Source: the human T2T-CHM13v2.0 reference genome, Homo sapiens. Taken from it: DNA of 64,000 bases. The position numbers and the translations under genes were made by a program. Position 1 is the stretch's first letter. Each line of letters opens with the position of its first letter. Below the pieces are notes generated by a model. That model had not been told where the DNA came from. It made no database searches and was given only the letters and a program-made list of their open reading frames with translations. The stretch is from the NCBI RefSeq assembly GCF_009914755.1, contig NC_060934.1. One strand, given 5' to 3'. This document shows, in pieces, positions 34,675 to 49,002 of the stretch.

Positions 34675-34806
34675 TTTATTTATTTCTTTTAGAGATAGGG
34701 TCTTGCTATGTTGCCCAGTCTAGCCTAGAAATCCTGAGCCGAGCAATCCTCCCAGCTCAGCCTCCTGAGTAGCAGGGACTACAGGCATGTGCTACAGAAG
34801 CCAGCT
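34675..34806 (-). mobile_element. FLAM
   Basis: Antisense single Alu arm. Confidence 0.85.
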
Positions 34807-34859
34807 TTCCTGGAAATTTTAACCACATATAGGAAGATCATATAGTATTTTATTAAAGG

Positions 34860-35045
34860 GAAGCCTTTGGATCAGAGCAATCTAGGTTTAACTACTGACT
34901 TAGCTATTTGTACCCCAAACTTGAGCAAGCCACTTAACCTTTCTAAGCATTGGCATCCTCAGCCCTAAAATGACCCTCTTTTTTGGTGAGTATTAAAGGA
35001 GAAAATATACACAAAGCATATGGTACAGAAGAAGGTATTCAATTA
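34860..35045 (+). mobile_element. MIR
   Basis: ttgagcaagccacttaacctttctaagc. Confidence 0.65.
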
Positions 35046-35509
35046 AAGATAATCCTTATTCGTTGTGTGCCCAAAATATAGGCTAGGCACTAGAACAAAA
35101 GAAACAGGGCTTCTGTTCCCATGGAGCTTATAGGCTGGTAAAATGGCAGAGTTAAATAATGGCATATGGAGAACATCCTCCTCCCTTGGTTCTATTTTGC
35201 ATGGCAGAATGTTTCCATGCAGCACAAAGCAAAAGAAAAGAAAATGTTGGCAATTACCTGGTAAATTAACCAAAGGAAAAGGCCAACCTTTTCTCTTTGC
35301 ACACATTATACCCAGTGGCATTTGACAGATGCCTAAGAGTTATATTTGAGTCTTGCCCCCATAACCGTATCTTATTGGTCTTCAAGGCTAACCTATTCTG
35401 TTTTTTGAGTCCAGTTCCTTCTGTAGAAGGTTTTATAGTTTATAGCATCATCTGTTTGGCCTGACTTGCCAAAACATCCTCTAGTCTGGTTTACCTAGAT
35501 TCTCTTATA

Positions 35510-35989
35510 AAAATATTTATTGAGCACTTACTCTGTGCCAAGTGCTAAGAATAGAAAGATGAAAGAGAAGTGCTATAATACAGGTCTACATCTAAAACCT
35601 GGGGTTGTGAGGGAACATGATTATATGAATGTTGAACTCAACAGAAAGATCTGTGCTGGAAAAAAAATAATTGTGGGTGAATGAGTCTCCCTAGGAAAAC
35701 TGTAGAAAGAGAAAAGAATGCTAAGGATTGGACTGGGAGTCAGAGAGTGGGGCAGAAGGAAAATTTAAGGGTAGGCAGAAAAAGAAGAATCAAGGAGACT
35801 GAGAGGAAGCAACCTGCAATATAGAAAGAGACACAGAAAACAGAGAGGTGAGGAAAGCCGAGGGAAAGAATTATTTTCAGAGGGAGAGAGGGGTCAGAAA
35901 TTTCTATCACAACTGAGAAATTACATGAAGACAGAGAAGTGTTTGATTGAGAACCTCGACATCCTTGGTGACCATATAGACATAGCTTC
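35510..35989 (-). mobile_element. L2 (resumes at 38406-38510)
   Basis: aatatttattgagcacttactctgtgcca; L2 sequence continues after the L1 block. Confidence 0.7.
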
Positions 35990-36048
35990 TTTTTCTTGGT
36001 TGGGGGTGGGGACTTATTAAAAATTTCCTTTAAAAATATTTAGATTCA

Positions 36049-37190
<1,142 letters not shown>

Positions 37191-37410
37191 TTTACATTCA
37201 TGGGGTACATGTGCAGATTTGTTATGTGTACATATTGTGTAATGGTGAAGTCTGGGCTTCAAATGAACCGGTCAACCACATAGTGAACATAGTACCCAAT
37301 AGGTAGCTTTTCAGCCCTTGTCCTCACCCCTTCTGCCACGCTTTTGGAGTCTCCAATGTCTATCATTCCCATCTTTATGTCCATTTGTACCCAATCTTTA
37401 GCTCCCACTT

Positions 37411-37700
37411 ATTTATTTTATCTTTTAGAGACGGTATCTTACTGTGCCACCCAGATTAGAGCAAGGTGGCGCCATCATAGCTCAATGCAACCTCCTGAGC
37501 ACAAGCGCTCCTCCTGCCTTAGCCTCCCAAGCAGCTGGGATCATAGGCGTGCACCACCATGCCTGGAAAATTTTTTTGGGTTTTTTTTTTTTTGTCTTGC
37601 TATGTTGCTCAAGCTAGTCTCAAACTCCTGGCCTCAAACAGTTCTCCCACCTTGGCCTCCCAAAGTGCTGAGATTACAGTGTGAGCCACCTTGCCCAGCC
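37411..37700 (-). mobile_element. AluJ
   Basis: TSD agctcccactta. Confidence 0.9.
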
Positions 37701-38579
37701 AGCTCCCACTTACAAGTAAGAAGACATGGTATTTGATTTTCGGTTTCCACATTAATTCACTTAGGATAATGGCTTCCAGCTCCATCCATGTTGCTGCAAA
37801 GGACATGATTTCATTCTTTATTATGGCTGTGTAGTAATCCATGGTGTATATGTACATTTTTAAAAATCCATTCCACCATTAATGGGGACCTAGGTTGATT
37901 CCATGGCTTTGCTGTTGTGAATAGTGATGCAACGAACATACGAGTGCATGTATCTTTTTGGTAGAGTGATTTCTTTTCTTTTGGATATATACCCAGTAAT
38001 GAGATTGATGGGTTGAATGATAATTCTATTTTTAGTTTTTTGAGAAATCTCCAAACTTCTTTCCAGAGTGGTTGAACTAACTTACAATCCCACCAACAGT
38101 GTATGAGCTTTCCCTTTACAGTCTTACCAACATGTTATTTTCTGACTTTTTAGTAATAGCCATTCTGACTGGTGTGAGATGGTATTTCATTGTGGTTTTG
38201 ATTTGCATTTCTCTGATGATTAGTGATAATGAGCATTTTTCATATGTTTCTTGGCCAGTTACATGTCTTTTTTTTCAGAAGTAATTGTTGATGTCCTATG
38301 TCCACATTTTAATGAGGTGTTTCTTTTCCTATTGATTTGTTTAAGTACCTTATAGCTTCTGGATATTAGACCTTTGTTGGATGCATAATTTGCAAATATT
38401 TTCTGGACATAGTTTCAAAGGAGTGGGGGAATCAGAAGCCAGATCGGAATTGGTAAAGGAATGATTAGGATATGAAGAAATGGAGAAAGCTAGAACGGGC
38501 AAGTAGAAGAAGGAAGAGAGATAAAAATAGAAACACTGAGTACCATGCACCAAGTGATAACTGGTGGTGTATATTATAG

Positions 38580-38815
38580 GCAGGATGGTGCACGAGCTAC
38601 CCGTGGGGGCTCTGGAGCCAGACTGCCTTGGCTTTGAAAGCTGGATCTGCCACTTACTGTCTGTGGGACTTTGGGCAAGTTGTCTCACCTTCAATACCTC
38701 GATTCCTTCAACTGTAAAATGGGGATAGCACTGGCATCTTCTTTACTGAGTTGTAAAAATTAAAGGGAAGTTCCTGGTGCATAGTAAATGCTCAATCCAT
38801 TCTAGCTTTTATTAC
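38580..38815 (+). mobile_element. MIR
   Basis: ggctctggagccagactgcc...ctttgggcaagtt...ctgtaaaatggggatag. Confidence 0.85.
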
Positions 38816-39704
38816 TCTCTCCAAAGTGCTATGGAAATACAGCATAAGACTTGATTGATTCTGTTAGGTGAGCAGAGTTAGAGAAAAATTTATAGAGGTG
38901 TCATGGATGCAGATCATAAAAGGGAAGTTTTTTTTAAAGTGGAGAAAAAATCAAAAAGCATATTTGAGAAATGAGCACAAATTATATAAACAAAACAAGT
39001 AAATGTGAAATTACAGGGTAAATTTGGTTAACAACCACACCAAGAATTTGGAAAGATCCATTACTAATATATGAAGACAAAAATTAGTTATTGTCTTTAG
39101 TGAGGGAAAACTATGCAGTAAATTCATTATTATTATTTTTTTGCTTTAGCTTTCTATTTTCAGAGCAATTTGCTTGGCTTCATTAATGCCTTCATTCTTG
39201 CTTACAGCCCTTGTGTATATCTGGATATGTCGCAGTGGCCTCCTGAAGAGTTGCTTTAACTGAATTGTGCTTTGGGGTGACTTAACTGAATTAAGCTATT
39301 TGTCTGTGTCAGCAGATCAGGAAGAAATAGCCCAATGAAATTCATCATCATATTTACTGTAAGGATATTGTTGAAAATGGGCTTCATTACCTTGCATAGT
39401 ATTTGGTTTATGAGGATGCTTAGGAGACTGTCTTCACAGTCTTAATATAAACAATAGATGTGTTTCAGTTGACCAAATGGTTTGATTTTGTAATGTAGCA
39501 CCATACTCTGTTTGGTCTTTGCGAAGACTGTTAGAAAGCTTTGAGTATATTTGTAGTTCAGCCTAAGCAAGTACTGTAAATTTCATGTACTGGGCTAATT
39601 CTGGTGCCATTTATATTCCTATTCTCTGTTCTTTTTCTCACGTGCTCCTAATTAATGTTCTTTTGATATACTGTAGGTGTCTTTTAAAGCTACCTTAAAT
39701 TCTT

Positions 39705-39960
39705 TCTGTGGTAGGACACTAGTTTAAAAGCATGAGATCTGAAGTCAAAATGTCTCCCTCCAAATTCATGTTTGACCACTTGCTGGCTGTACAACATTGG
39801 GCAAGTTACTTAATGTCGTGAAGCCTCAGTTTCATCTGCAAAATGGGGATAGCAATTTTCACTTCAGAGTTTTGTGAGGATTAAAGGAGATAAGTCATGT
39901 AAATTATTGAGCACAATACCTGGCACATAGAAGCACTCAAGAAATTCATGTCCTCATTGT
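39705..39960 (+). mobile_element. MIR
   Basis: ttgggcaagttacttaa...gcctcagtttcatctgcaaaatggggatag. Confidence 0.85.
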
Positions 39961-41334
39961 TATTAACATTATTTTATGTTAGTATTAATAATCATGATAT
40001 AAAAACACACATATATGAAAAAAATCCTATTATAACTGCTGGGTAATTAAAATGATCCTGCTTCCTTCAGGTTTATTTGAAATTCACATGCCTTGATATT
40101 CATGACAGGGAGCCAATTTCGGGAAATAGATTTTCAAGCATTAACAATTTAAATCAGGCGAAAGATTATACTTGACAATTAGCATCAACAATAGACAGCT
40201 AAACAGAAATATAGTGCTTTTTCTATTTGTGTCTGTCTTACTACATCTATAAGCTAGTATTCTGTCTTTAGGCTGATGGGCCTATTTACATAGAAGTTCC
40301 AGAAGCGAAATGAAGAAGATTATTCCATCTTGCAATTTAAATGAAATATTGCATAGATAATTTCAGACAGGAATTTTCCAAAGAGCAAGAAATAGTTCTT
40401 AGCAACATGAAAAACCAGAAACAATGCTAGATCTAATTCTGTATGAGCACAGCCATGTGCTGAGTGCCCCATTTCATTTTTAAGGACATAGATTTAATTT
40501 CATGTGACAATCTGGCATCAAAGATTTCCCCTAGTCTTTTTACTAAATAGCCCAGTAAATATGAAAATGCAATCCAATAGTAAAAGATTAAATTTGTCAG
40601 ACTCTACTTTCAGGGCACCACGGTTATTATGAAGGCAATAAATGAACAAATGAGATTAAGGAAAATGCCAATAGATATGTCATGTGATATAAACACATCT
40701 AACACCTGACTAATGAGAATTTTATGTGCACAATAAAATGTCAGTTTGTATATCTAGCTTGTTTCCTGTACCATTTCTATCTATCATATTTATCAAATAA
40801 ATATAATAACCTTTCAGGTACTATAATAATTTATGTAATATTTTACTCTTTTTACCAAGGCAAGAGGGAACACTTTTTCCCTCCTTTAAAGGAAATTAAA
40901 AATTCCTTTTAATTTTTTTATTAAAAGGAATTAATAAAACCCTATTTTATTTTCTTCAATACTGTCGAAGAAATCTTTTGAGAGATTCCTAAATTTAAAA
41001 CAGTTAAAATTTAACAAATTTGCTTAAAGGAATATGGCTATAAAAATAATTCTTAGTAACCTGTAACTAAATATTTAAAAGTTCTTTTGTTGTGTTTAAA
41101 AAAAATGACAATTTACTACACAAACAATTTTATTTGAAGGTTGCATTTATTCATATTCCTGATGAATTCATTTATTTACATTACATAGCTTATTTTAGCT
41201 CTCATGCTGTTTTAAAAACAGAATATTTATCTATTTTAATAGCGTATGACCAAATATTCTGCACTTAAAGTTCATTTGTTGATACCAAATTCTGCATTGT
41301 GACTGAAGAAAAATAAGTTATATATTTGAGGAGT

Positions 41335-41579
41335 TCAGTGGCACAATCTCAGCTCACTGCAATCTCTGCTTCCCGGGTTCAAGCGATCCTCATGCCTCAG
41401 TCTTGAGTAGCTAGGATTACAGGTATGTGCCACCAGGCCCAGCGAATTTTTGTATTTTTAGTAGAGACAGGGTTTCTCCATGTTGGCCAGGCTAGTCTTG
41501 AACTTCTGGGCTCAACTGATCCACCCGCTTTGGCCTCCCAAAGAGTTGGGATTACAGGCGTGAGCCATCGCGCTGAGCC
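41335..41579 (-). mobile_element. AluS lacking ~28 nt near its 3' end and its tail
   Basis: tttgag|gagttcagtggc junction. Confidence 0.9.
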
Positions 41580-41850
41580 TTCCTTTTATTTTGTCAGTCT
41601 TCTTGTGCAATAATTAAAATGATGAAATTCAGGGAGTCTTTGATCATATGTTCCAAATTGTCAGCCGAACTTTTTGATAACATTTTGGATGTGCTGCTGT
41701 CTGCCATAAGTGGACATCAGAGACATTAATAGTCATATGTTGGCCAGTTCAGCGGTTACCAAGTCACCTTGGGCAGGACTGCTCATCCCTGTTCCCTTAC
41801 ATTTCTCATCTGTTCCCAGAATAGGAATTCCTATCCTATCAGAATGGTGC

Positions 41851-42264
41851 TATATTAGTCTGTTCTCACACTGCTATCAAGGACTACCTGAGACTGGGGA
41901 ATTTATAAAGAAAAGAGCTTTCTAATTTACAAAGAAAAGAGGTCAACTCACAGTTCTGCAGGCTGTACAGGAGGCATGGCTGGGGAGGCCTCAGGAAACT
42001 TACAATCATGGCAGAAGGCAAAGGGGAAGCAGGCATATCTTCACATGGCCATCAGGAGAGAATGAGAGAAAGAGAGAGAGAGAAAAAGAAGGAGGAGGTG
42101 CCACACACTTTCAAACAACCAGACCTCCTGAGAATCTATCACTAGAACAACAAGGGGAAAGTCTGCACCCGTGATTCCATCACCTCCCACCAGGCCCTTC
42201 CTCCAACACTGGATTTACAATTCAATGTGAGATTTGGGTAGGGACACAGAGCGAAACCACATCA
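41851..42264 (-). mobile_element. MSTA/THE1D MaLR solo LTR
   Basis: Complete LTR with perfect 5-bp TSD ggtgc. Confidence 0.92.
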
Positions 42265-42301
42265 GGTGCTCATCAAACTTCTCAAATACACTTAGAAAAA
42301 C

Positions 42302-42392
42302 ATGGTCAAGAATGGCATACAGAGTAGTCACTGATGTATGTTTAAAGTATGGTCAAGTATGGCACACGGTAGTCACTGATGTATGTTTAAAG
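42302..42392. repeat. ~47-bp imperfect tandem duplication
   Basis: atggtcaag.atggca.ac...gtagtcactgatgtatgtttaaag twice. Confidence 0.93.
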
Positions 42393-43249
42393 AATTGGAA
42401 TTTTATTATAATTTTTAGAATTAGAATAATGTTTAACTTAGAATAAAAGTTAAAAATTATTCTAACTTGTGTTATTTTTATTGTTATTGTCATACAAGTC
42501 AGGATTATTATCCTAACTATTGGACAGAAAAACTACAGAATACATGCTTTTCTAAAAGAATGGACACTTTCCTAAAGTCAACAGGGGAGTTGAAAATAGA
42601 AGTTAAATCTCCAGAACCTTAATCACCTATTTTAAACTTTAAGTATTTTGACTTTCAGATAATTCTGTGAAGAATTCTGTCTTGATTTAGAAGACATTGC
42701 TTTTCTTTGCACTTTGTCTAAACTACACTGAAATACACCTAATTGTTGGGGGGTTGGGGGCGGGTGGAGAGGGAAAAAAAACCAGAAATTCAAAGAGATT
42801 TAGGATGAATCCCAGGTTTTTAATTTAGATTTGAGATCATTATCCAAGAAGAAAAAATTGTTAAGCATTGTGGAATATTTTCAAATTTTATTCTATATTT
42901 CATGTACTTAATGATGGTTTTTACTGTTAAAAAAAATGCAAAGTATAATGACAACATGACAAGGGTTTTGCAGCCTGCTCATTTTATGGGACCGTTAAGT
43001 ACTCAGAGATTTGATGGCAATGTACTGTTTTCCTTTAAAATAATCTCTGATGTATTACACAATTAACACAAAATTTACATAATATTTTAAAATAAGAATT
43101 CAAAGAAATTTCTGAGAGCTTGTAGCGATATTCCAAACTTTCTAGAGTTTCACTCTCGTCCGTTGTTGGAGTACTTGATAAAAAGCTGGAGAACCCTGAG
43201 GTCTTTAATTATTGCAGTAGTCCCTGGCTTGTCAAGTCACTTCCTGCTA

Positions 43250-43608
<359 letters not shown>

Positions 43609-44231
43609 GAAAAATCAACCTTGGAAAATGAACTACTCTCCCTAGGAGGATAGCAGTTCCCATATATGAAAAAAAATTATATTTAGAAAAAGAAACTTCT
43701 TTTAGCAATGGCTGGATGTAATCAAGCTTTTATAGATCAAAGCCAGTTAGCAGTGTGGTTGACGAGTGCAACGAGAATTTAAAATGTTGGGTTCTGGGTG
43801 CCTACCAGCAGAAGTACCAGAATCCTGCAGCTCTTAGATGTCTTTTTCTCTTGCAGTGTCCCAGAGAGCTCACACAGTGTCTTTGATGGTGATTTAAAAT
43901 GTCCTGAGACAGCTACAGATAACGCCTTCCTCAGCTCCCTGTGATCTTACTCTGCTTCTTTTCATGGCTGGGGCAGACCCTAGGGATTGCCTCTGGGTAC
44001 CGGAGATGGCTCTCCATTGCCCCTACCCTGATGTCTGTTACATCTCTTTAGCAGAAGCATCCTCCTAGGGTGCTATACTCCTTTTGCACCCAGCACTTCC
44101 TCTGGCATTACTCTTATGGCTCCTTCAGTATTTGTTCATTTAATTGTCTGTCTTCTCTGCCAGACTGTGAGATCTATGAAAGTAGGATCTGTTGCTGTCT
44201 TTTTCACTCCAGAAAGAGGTACTTAACCACA

Positions 44232-44359
44232 TTTTTTCTTTGGAGACAAGGTCTTGCTATGTTGCCCAGTCTGGTCTCAAACTCCTGGCCTTAAGTGATC
44301 CTCCTGTCTCAGCCTCCTGAGTAGCTGGGATTACAAGTGCGAGGCACCATGCCCAGCTG
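44232..44359 (-). mobile_element. FLAM inside an L2 3' fragment (~44030-44390)
   Basis: Single arm; TSD ttaacca..ttt. Confidence 0.85.
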
Positions 44360-44729
44360 CTTAACCATGTTTGATGAACCAATGAAGGAAGAGCTCTTGC
44401 CAGTGCTTTTTCAGAAGGGCAGAAGGCTGTCCTCCCACCAGAGCTGCGGTTCTTCACAGGCTCCTAGAAAACCACACAGGCCCTTCATCCCATGGGAACC
44501 TTTGTCAAATTCCTGTGGGTCTAGGTTAGAGGATATTTGAGAAAGACAAAGCAGTCACTTCTGCAAAAAATTAACCAATACCTTAACTCAGAGTCCAGAC
44601 ACTTTGACCCTTACCTTAGAGCAGTGTGTGGCTCATCTGCAGCCAATAACATGGAATTAGAGGTGGCTGCTGTCCTTCCTCTCTGTTGGATAGTCTTATT
44701 CTGAGAACTGAATCATCAGTCTCAAGACA

Positions 44730-44970
44730 TGGAGATAAAAGGAATGGTTCTGGCATCAGATCGCTGAGGTTGAAAGCCAGCTCTGTCATTCCTGGAGGTG
44801 ACTTTGGGCAAATCAGTTTGTCTTAATAAACCTCAGTTTCTTCATCTGTGAAGTGGGTCTATACTAGTCTACCACACATGGGTGTTGTAAGGATTAAAGC
44901 ATATAAACCTTGCAAAACATCTAACGCAATGCCTAGCACAGTGTGTACTAAAATGTGAAGAATCATTCTA
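44730..44970 (+). mobile_element. MIR
   Basis: gtgactttgggcaaatca...cctcagtttcttcatctgtgaagtggg. Confidence 0.8.
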
Positions 44971-45010
44971 GCATTATAATCTTATTGTAGCTAGAAGGAG
45001 GCCCTCATAT

Positions 45011-45059
45011 GCTGGAAGTCCCTGAAATGTGCCACAAAAAGGGCTCACTTCTGGAGCTT

Positions 45060-45108
<49 letters not shown>

Positions 45109-45160
45109 AATGTAATCAAACAAGGAGTTAGTATACTTTTAGTGGAAAATGAATTAGTTG
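45011..45160 (+). repeat. 150-bp local duplication, copy 1 (contains (AC)20)
   Basis: Direct repeat of 45946-46393. Confidence 0.95.
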
Positions 45161-45945
45161 AATTAAAAAAAAGCAAAGACATGTGTGCATCAGAAGTTCA
45201 TGACCTAACCAGAAATAAAATCCCACACAAGCAGAAATAGTAATCTATTCCACTCCCCAGAAAAAGCAATCTCCTTGGCTGCCAGCCCAGTGAAGTGCAG
45301 CAACCTCTGTCACTGAGGACACTGCTCTCTGCCCTGGCATCTCTTCTTAGCTGCTGTGGGATGTGGGACCTGGGAACACATTTTTAAAAAACTGAATGAA
45401 AAACACATCAGAGTCCCCAGGAGATAAAAACTTAGTATCTTCTACGGTGACATGGACTTCTGAGTACTCATCTCTGGAGGCCGAAATATCCAAACTCAAG
45501 GACGAAAGGTCTGTTCCATCTGGAAGAAGCGTAAGGATTTCCTCAAGAAGCATCTGTACAGCTATTCTCTGTGCAGATGGTAGCCTGGCCAGTGCCATAG
45601 TGAGACTGAGGAAAGGGTCCTTCTACCACCACACAGTCTCCCTGGGGATGAGAACCTCTTCTTTGCAAGCTCATGAATATTGATGAGTCCAAACCACACT
45701 CGAAAGAGTCAGAACATATTGTAAAAGCCAAATTGCAAGTTGGCTCCTAAAGCTTGGGCAAAGGAGCAAATAATTTCAGCCCTGGGACTGGGCTGGGGCT
45801 GGCACAGCGCCTGAGCCTAAAAAGGAGGGCTGAGAGAACCTTGGCTCAAACCTCTTGTGGATCAAGAGGAAAGGAGGAGGAAGTGGGAGTCCAGGGGCTT
45901 TCATTCCCTGTAAACTCTGCCAACCAGTCATCCCGAAGTCAGAAG

Positions 45946-46393
45946 GCTGGAAGTCCCTGAAATGTGCCACAAAAAAGAGCTCACTTCTGGAGCTTTATTT
46001 TACACACACACACACACACACGCACGCACACACATTAATGTAATCAAACAAGGAGTTAGTGGTGTATTTTTTTTTTTTGGATGGAGTCTCACTCTGTCGC
46101 GCAGGCTGGAGTTAATGGTGCAGTCTTGGCTCACTGCAACCTCGGCCTCCTGGTCCAAGTGATTCTCCTGCCTCAGCCTCCCAAGTAGCTAGGATTACAG
46201 GCATCTGCCACTTCGCCCGGCTAATTTTTGTATTTTTAGTAGAGACGGGTTTCACCATGTTGGTCTGGCTGGTCTTGAACTCCTGACCTCAGGTGATCCA
46301 CCTGCCTCGGCCTCCCAAAGTGCTGGGATTACAGGTGTGAGCCACTGCGGCCAGCCCGAGTTAGTGTACTTTTATAGGAAAATGAATTAGTTG
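45946..46393 (+). repeat. 150-bp local duplication, copy 2 (interrupted by Alu)
   Basis: Matches 45011-45160 once the Alu and one TSD are removed. Confidence 0.95.
46067..46357 (-). mobile_element. AluSx-like
   Basis: Antisense dimer; TSD gagttagtg. Confidence 0.95.
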
Positions 46394-47409
46394 TCTTCCC
46401 CAAGACAGAGTGCATGAGAAAAGAACCCATTGCCAGAGACTATACAAGCAAATCTGGCATAAATAAGAACTTCATGGGCAACAAATATTTACTGGGCACT
46501 CACTAAGTATCATGTTCTGTGCTAGGCACTGGAAATATGATGGAAAAAAGGAAACGATTCCTGATTTCAAGTTTACAGTGGTAGAAGTGTGGTGGGAGGG
46601 GAAGTAAAAACAATAACAAGCAAAATATAATGTATTGTGGTACGTTGTTGCATGCATCACTTTGTTCCTTTATATTGCCAGCTAGTGTGCTACAATTTGC
46701 TTTTCCATACACTTGCTGATGACCTTTGATGGGCTTCCAGTTTGGGATTATTATGAAGAGAGCTGTTATGAACATTTATGTCTTCAAGTGAACATACATT
46801 TTTGTTTATCTTGGGTTAATATCTAGGAATAGAGTTGCAGAATCATATGGTAAATGTATATTTCACTTCATAAGAAACTGACACACTTTTCCAAACTGGC
46901 TGGACCATTTTGCATTCCTATTAGCAGTGTATGAGAGTCCCAGGTGCTTCACAACCTTGTCAACATTTGATATTGCCAATTCAAACAATTTTAGCCATTG
47001 TAGACGGTGTATAGCAGTAGCCCATTGTGGTCTTATTTGCATTTCCCTGCTGATGAATAATGTTGAGTGTTTTTTAGATGTGCTTTTTGTGCCATTAGTA
47101 CATCTTCTTTGGGGAAATGTCTATTCAAATCTTTTACCAATTAAAAAAATCAAGGACTGTGCCTCATTATTGAAGTTTGAGATTCTTTACAAATTCTGGA
47201 CGTAAGTCCTTTATTTTCTAATCTGTGTTTTGCCTTTTCACTTTCTTAACTGTATTATTTTTTGAGACCCCTCCCCATCCTTTGGTAACTGCTTGCTATT
47301 CTACTCTCTACTTCTATGATAACAACATTTTAGATTCCACCTATGAGTGAGATCATATAGTACTTGCCTTTCTGTGCCTGGCTTATTTCACTTAACATAC
47401 GGTGGAAGA

Positions 47410-47718
47410 GACTGGGTGCAGTGGCTCATGCCTGTAATCCCAGCACTTTGGGAGGCCGAGGTGGGCTGATCACTTGAGGTCAGAAGTTCAATACCAGCCT
47501 GGCCAACATGGTGAAACCCCATCTGTACTAAAAAAATTACAAAAATTAGCCAGGCTTGGTGGCGGGTGCCTGTAATCCCAGCTACTCGGGAGGCTGAAGC
47601 AGGAGAGTTGCTTGAACCTGGGAGGTGGAGGTTGCAGTGATCCAAGATCACGACACTACTACAGCCTGGGTGACAGAGTGAGACTCTGTCTAAAAAACAA
47701 CAACAACAACAACAAAAA
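47410..47718 (+). mobile_element. AluS
   Basis: TSD ..ata.ggtggaaga; (CAA)n tail. Confidence 0.95.
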
Positions 47719-47950
47719 TAAGGTGGAAGAGTAGAAGTTTCACATTTTGATGATATCTCCAATGTGCTAATTTTTTAATGCATGGTTTGTACACTTTTTG
47801 TCCCATCTAAGAAATCTTTGCCCCAATCACAAAGGTTTTCCCTCCTGTTTTGTTGAAGTTTTATGGTTTCAGATTTTCCATTTAGGTCTAGAATACATTT
47901 TGTGTCAATTTTTCTAGAATACATTTTGTGTCAGACATTGAGGGCATTTT

Positions 47951-48280
47951 TGGGCACGGTGGCTCATGCCTGTAATCCCAGCACTTTGGGAAGCTGAGGT
48001 GGATCACTTGAGGCCAGGAGTTGGAGACCAGCCTGGGCAACATAGGGAGACCCCTTACAAAAGACTAAAACATCAGCCGGGTGTGGCAGCACATACCTGT
48101 AGCCCCAGCTACGCAGGAGGCTGAGCCCAAGGGGTTGAGACTGCAGCGAGCCGTGATCATGCCACTGAACTCTAGCCTAGGTAACAGAGCAAGACCCTGT
48201 CTAAAAAAAAAAAAAAAAAAAGAAAGAGAGAGAGAGACAGAGAGAGAAGGAAAAAGAAAGGAAGGAAGGAAGGAAGGAAG
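47951..48280 (+). mobile_element. AluJ with (GA)n/(GGAA)n tail
   Basis: Deleted dimer plus purine microsatellite. Confidence 0.88.
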
Positions 48281-48526
48281 AAAGAATCACCTTTTCCCTT
48301 TTGATATCTTGGTACTTTTATTGAAAACTGAAAACCAATTGACTATTTATGCGTGGGCCTATTTTTGAACTCTCAGTTTCATGGATCTATATGTCTGTCC
48401 TTATGCTAACATCCCACTGTCTTATTTTAGCTTTATAGTAAGCCTTGAAATTGACCAGTGATTGTTCTTTTTTTTTCTCCAAAATTATTTTGCTTATTCT
48501 AGGATTCTGCATTTCTACATAAATTT

Positions 48527-48815
48527 CTTTTTTCTCTTTTTTTGAGATGGAATCTCGCTCCATCACCCGGGCTGGAGTGCAGTGGTGCTATCTCAGCTCA
48601 CTGCAACCTTTGCCTCTTGGGTTCAAGAGTTTCTCCTGCCTGTCTCCTGAGTAGCTGGGATTACAGGAGCGCACCACCACACCTGGTTAATTTTTGTATT
48701 TTTAGGGGTTTCACCATGTTGGCCAGGCTGGTCTCGAACTCCTGACCTCAGGTGATCTGCCTGTTTTGGCCTCCCAAAGTGCTAGGATTACAGGCGTGAC
48801 CCACTGCGCCCCGCC
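48527..48815 (-). mobile_element. AluS
   Basis: Antisense dimer. Confidence 0.93.
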
Positions 48816-49002
48816 TGCAATTCTATATAAATTTCTACATAAAAAATTCGCTTGATTTTGATTGAGACAGCACTGACTCACAATTTAGGGAGAATTGACA
48901 TCTTAACAATACCAAGTCAACTGAACTATGAACATGTGTGTCTCACTATTTATTGAGATATTCTTTAATTTATCTCAGCAAAGTCTTGGACTTTTCTCTG
49001 TG

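Noticed and set aside
43841-43895. Strong-looking splice acceptor tctttttctcttgcag
   Set aside because: No convincing donor or reading frame; isolated acceptor-like sites are common.
45347-45731. Overlapping 62-95 aa ORFs in the spacer between the 150-bp repeats as a gene or processed pseudogene
   Set aside because: No recognisable homology, no poly(A), no convincing splice structure; ORFs this size occur by chance. A tblastn/PhyloCSF check would settle it.
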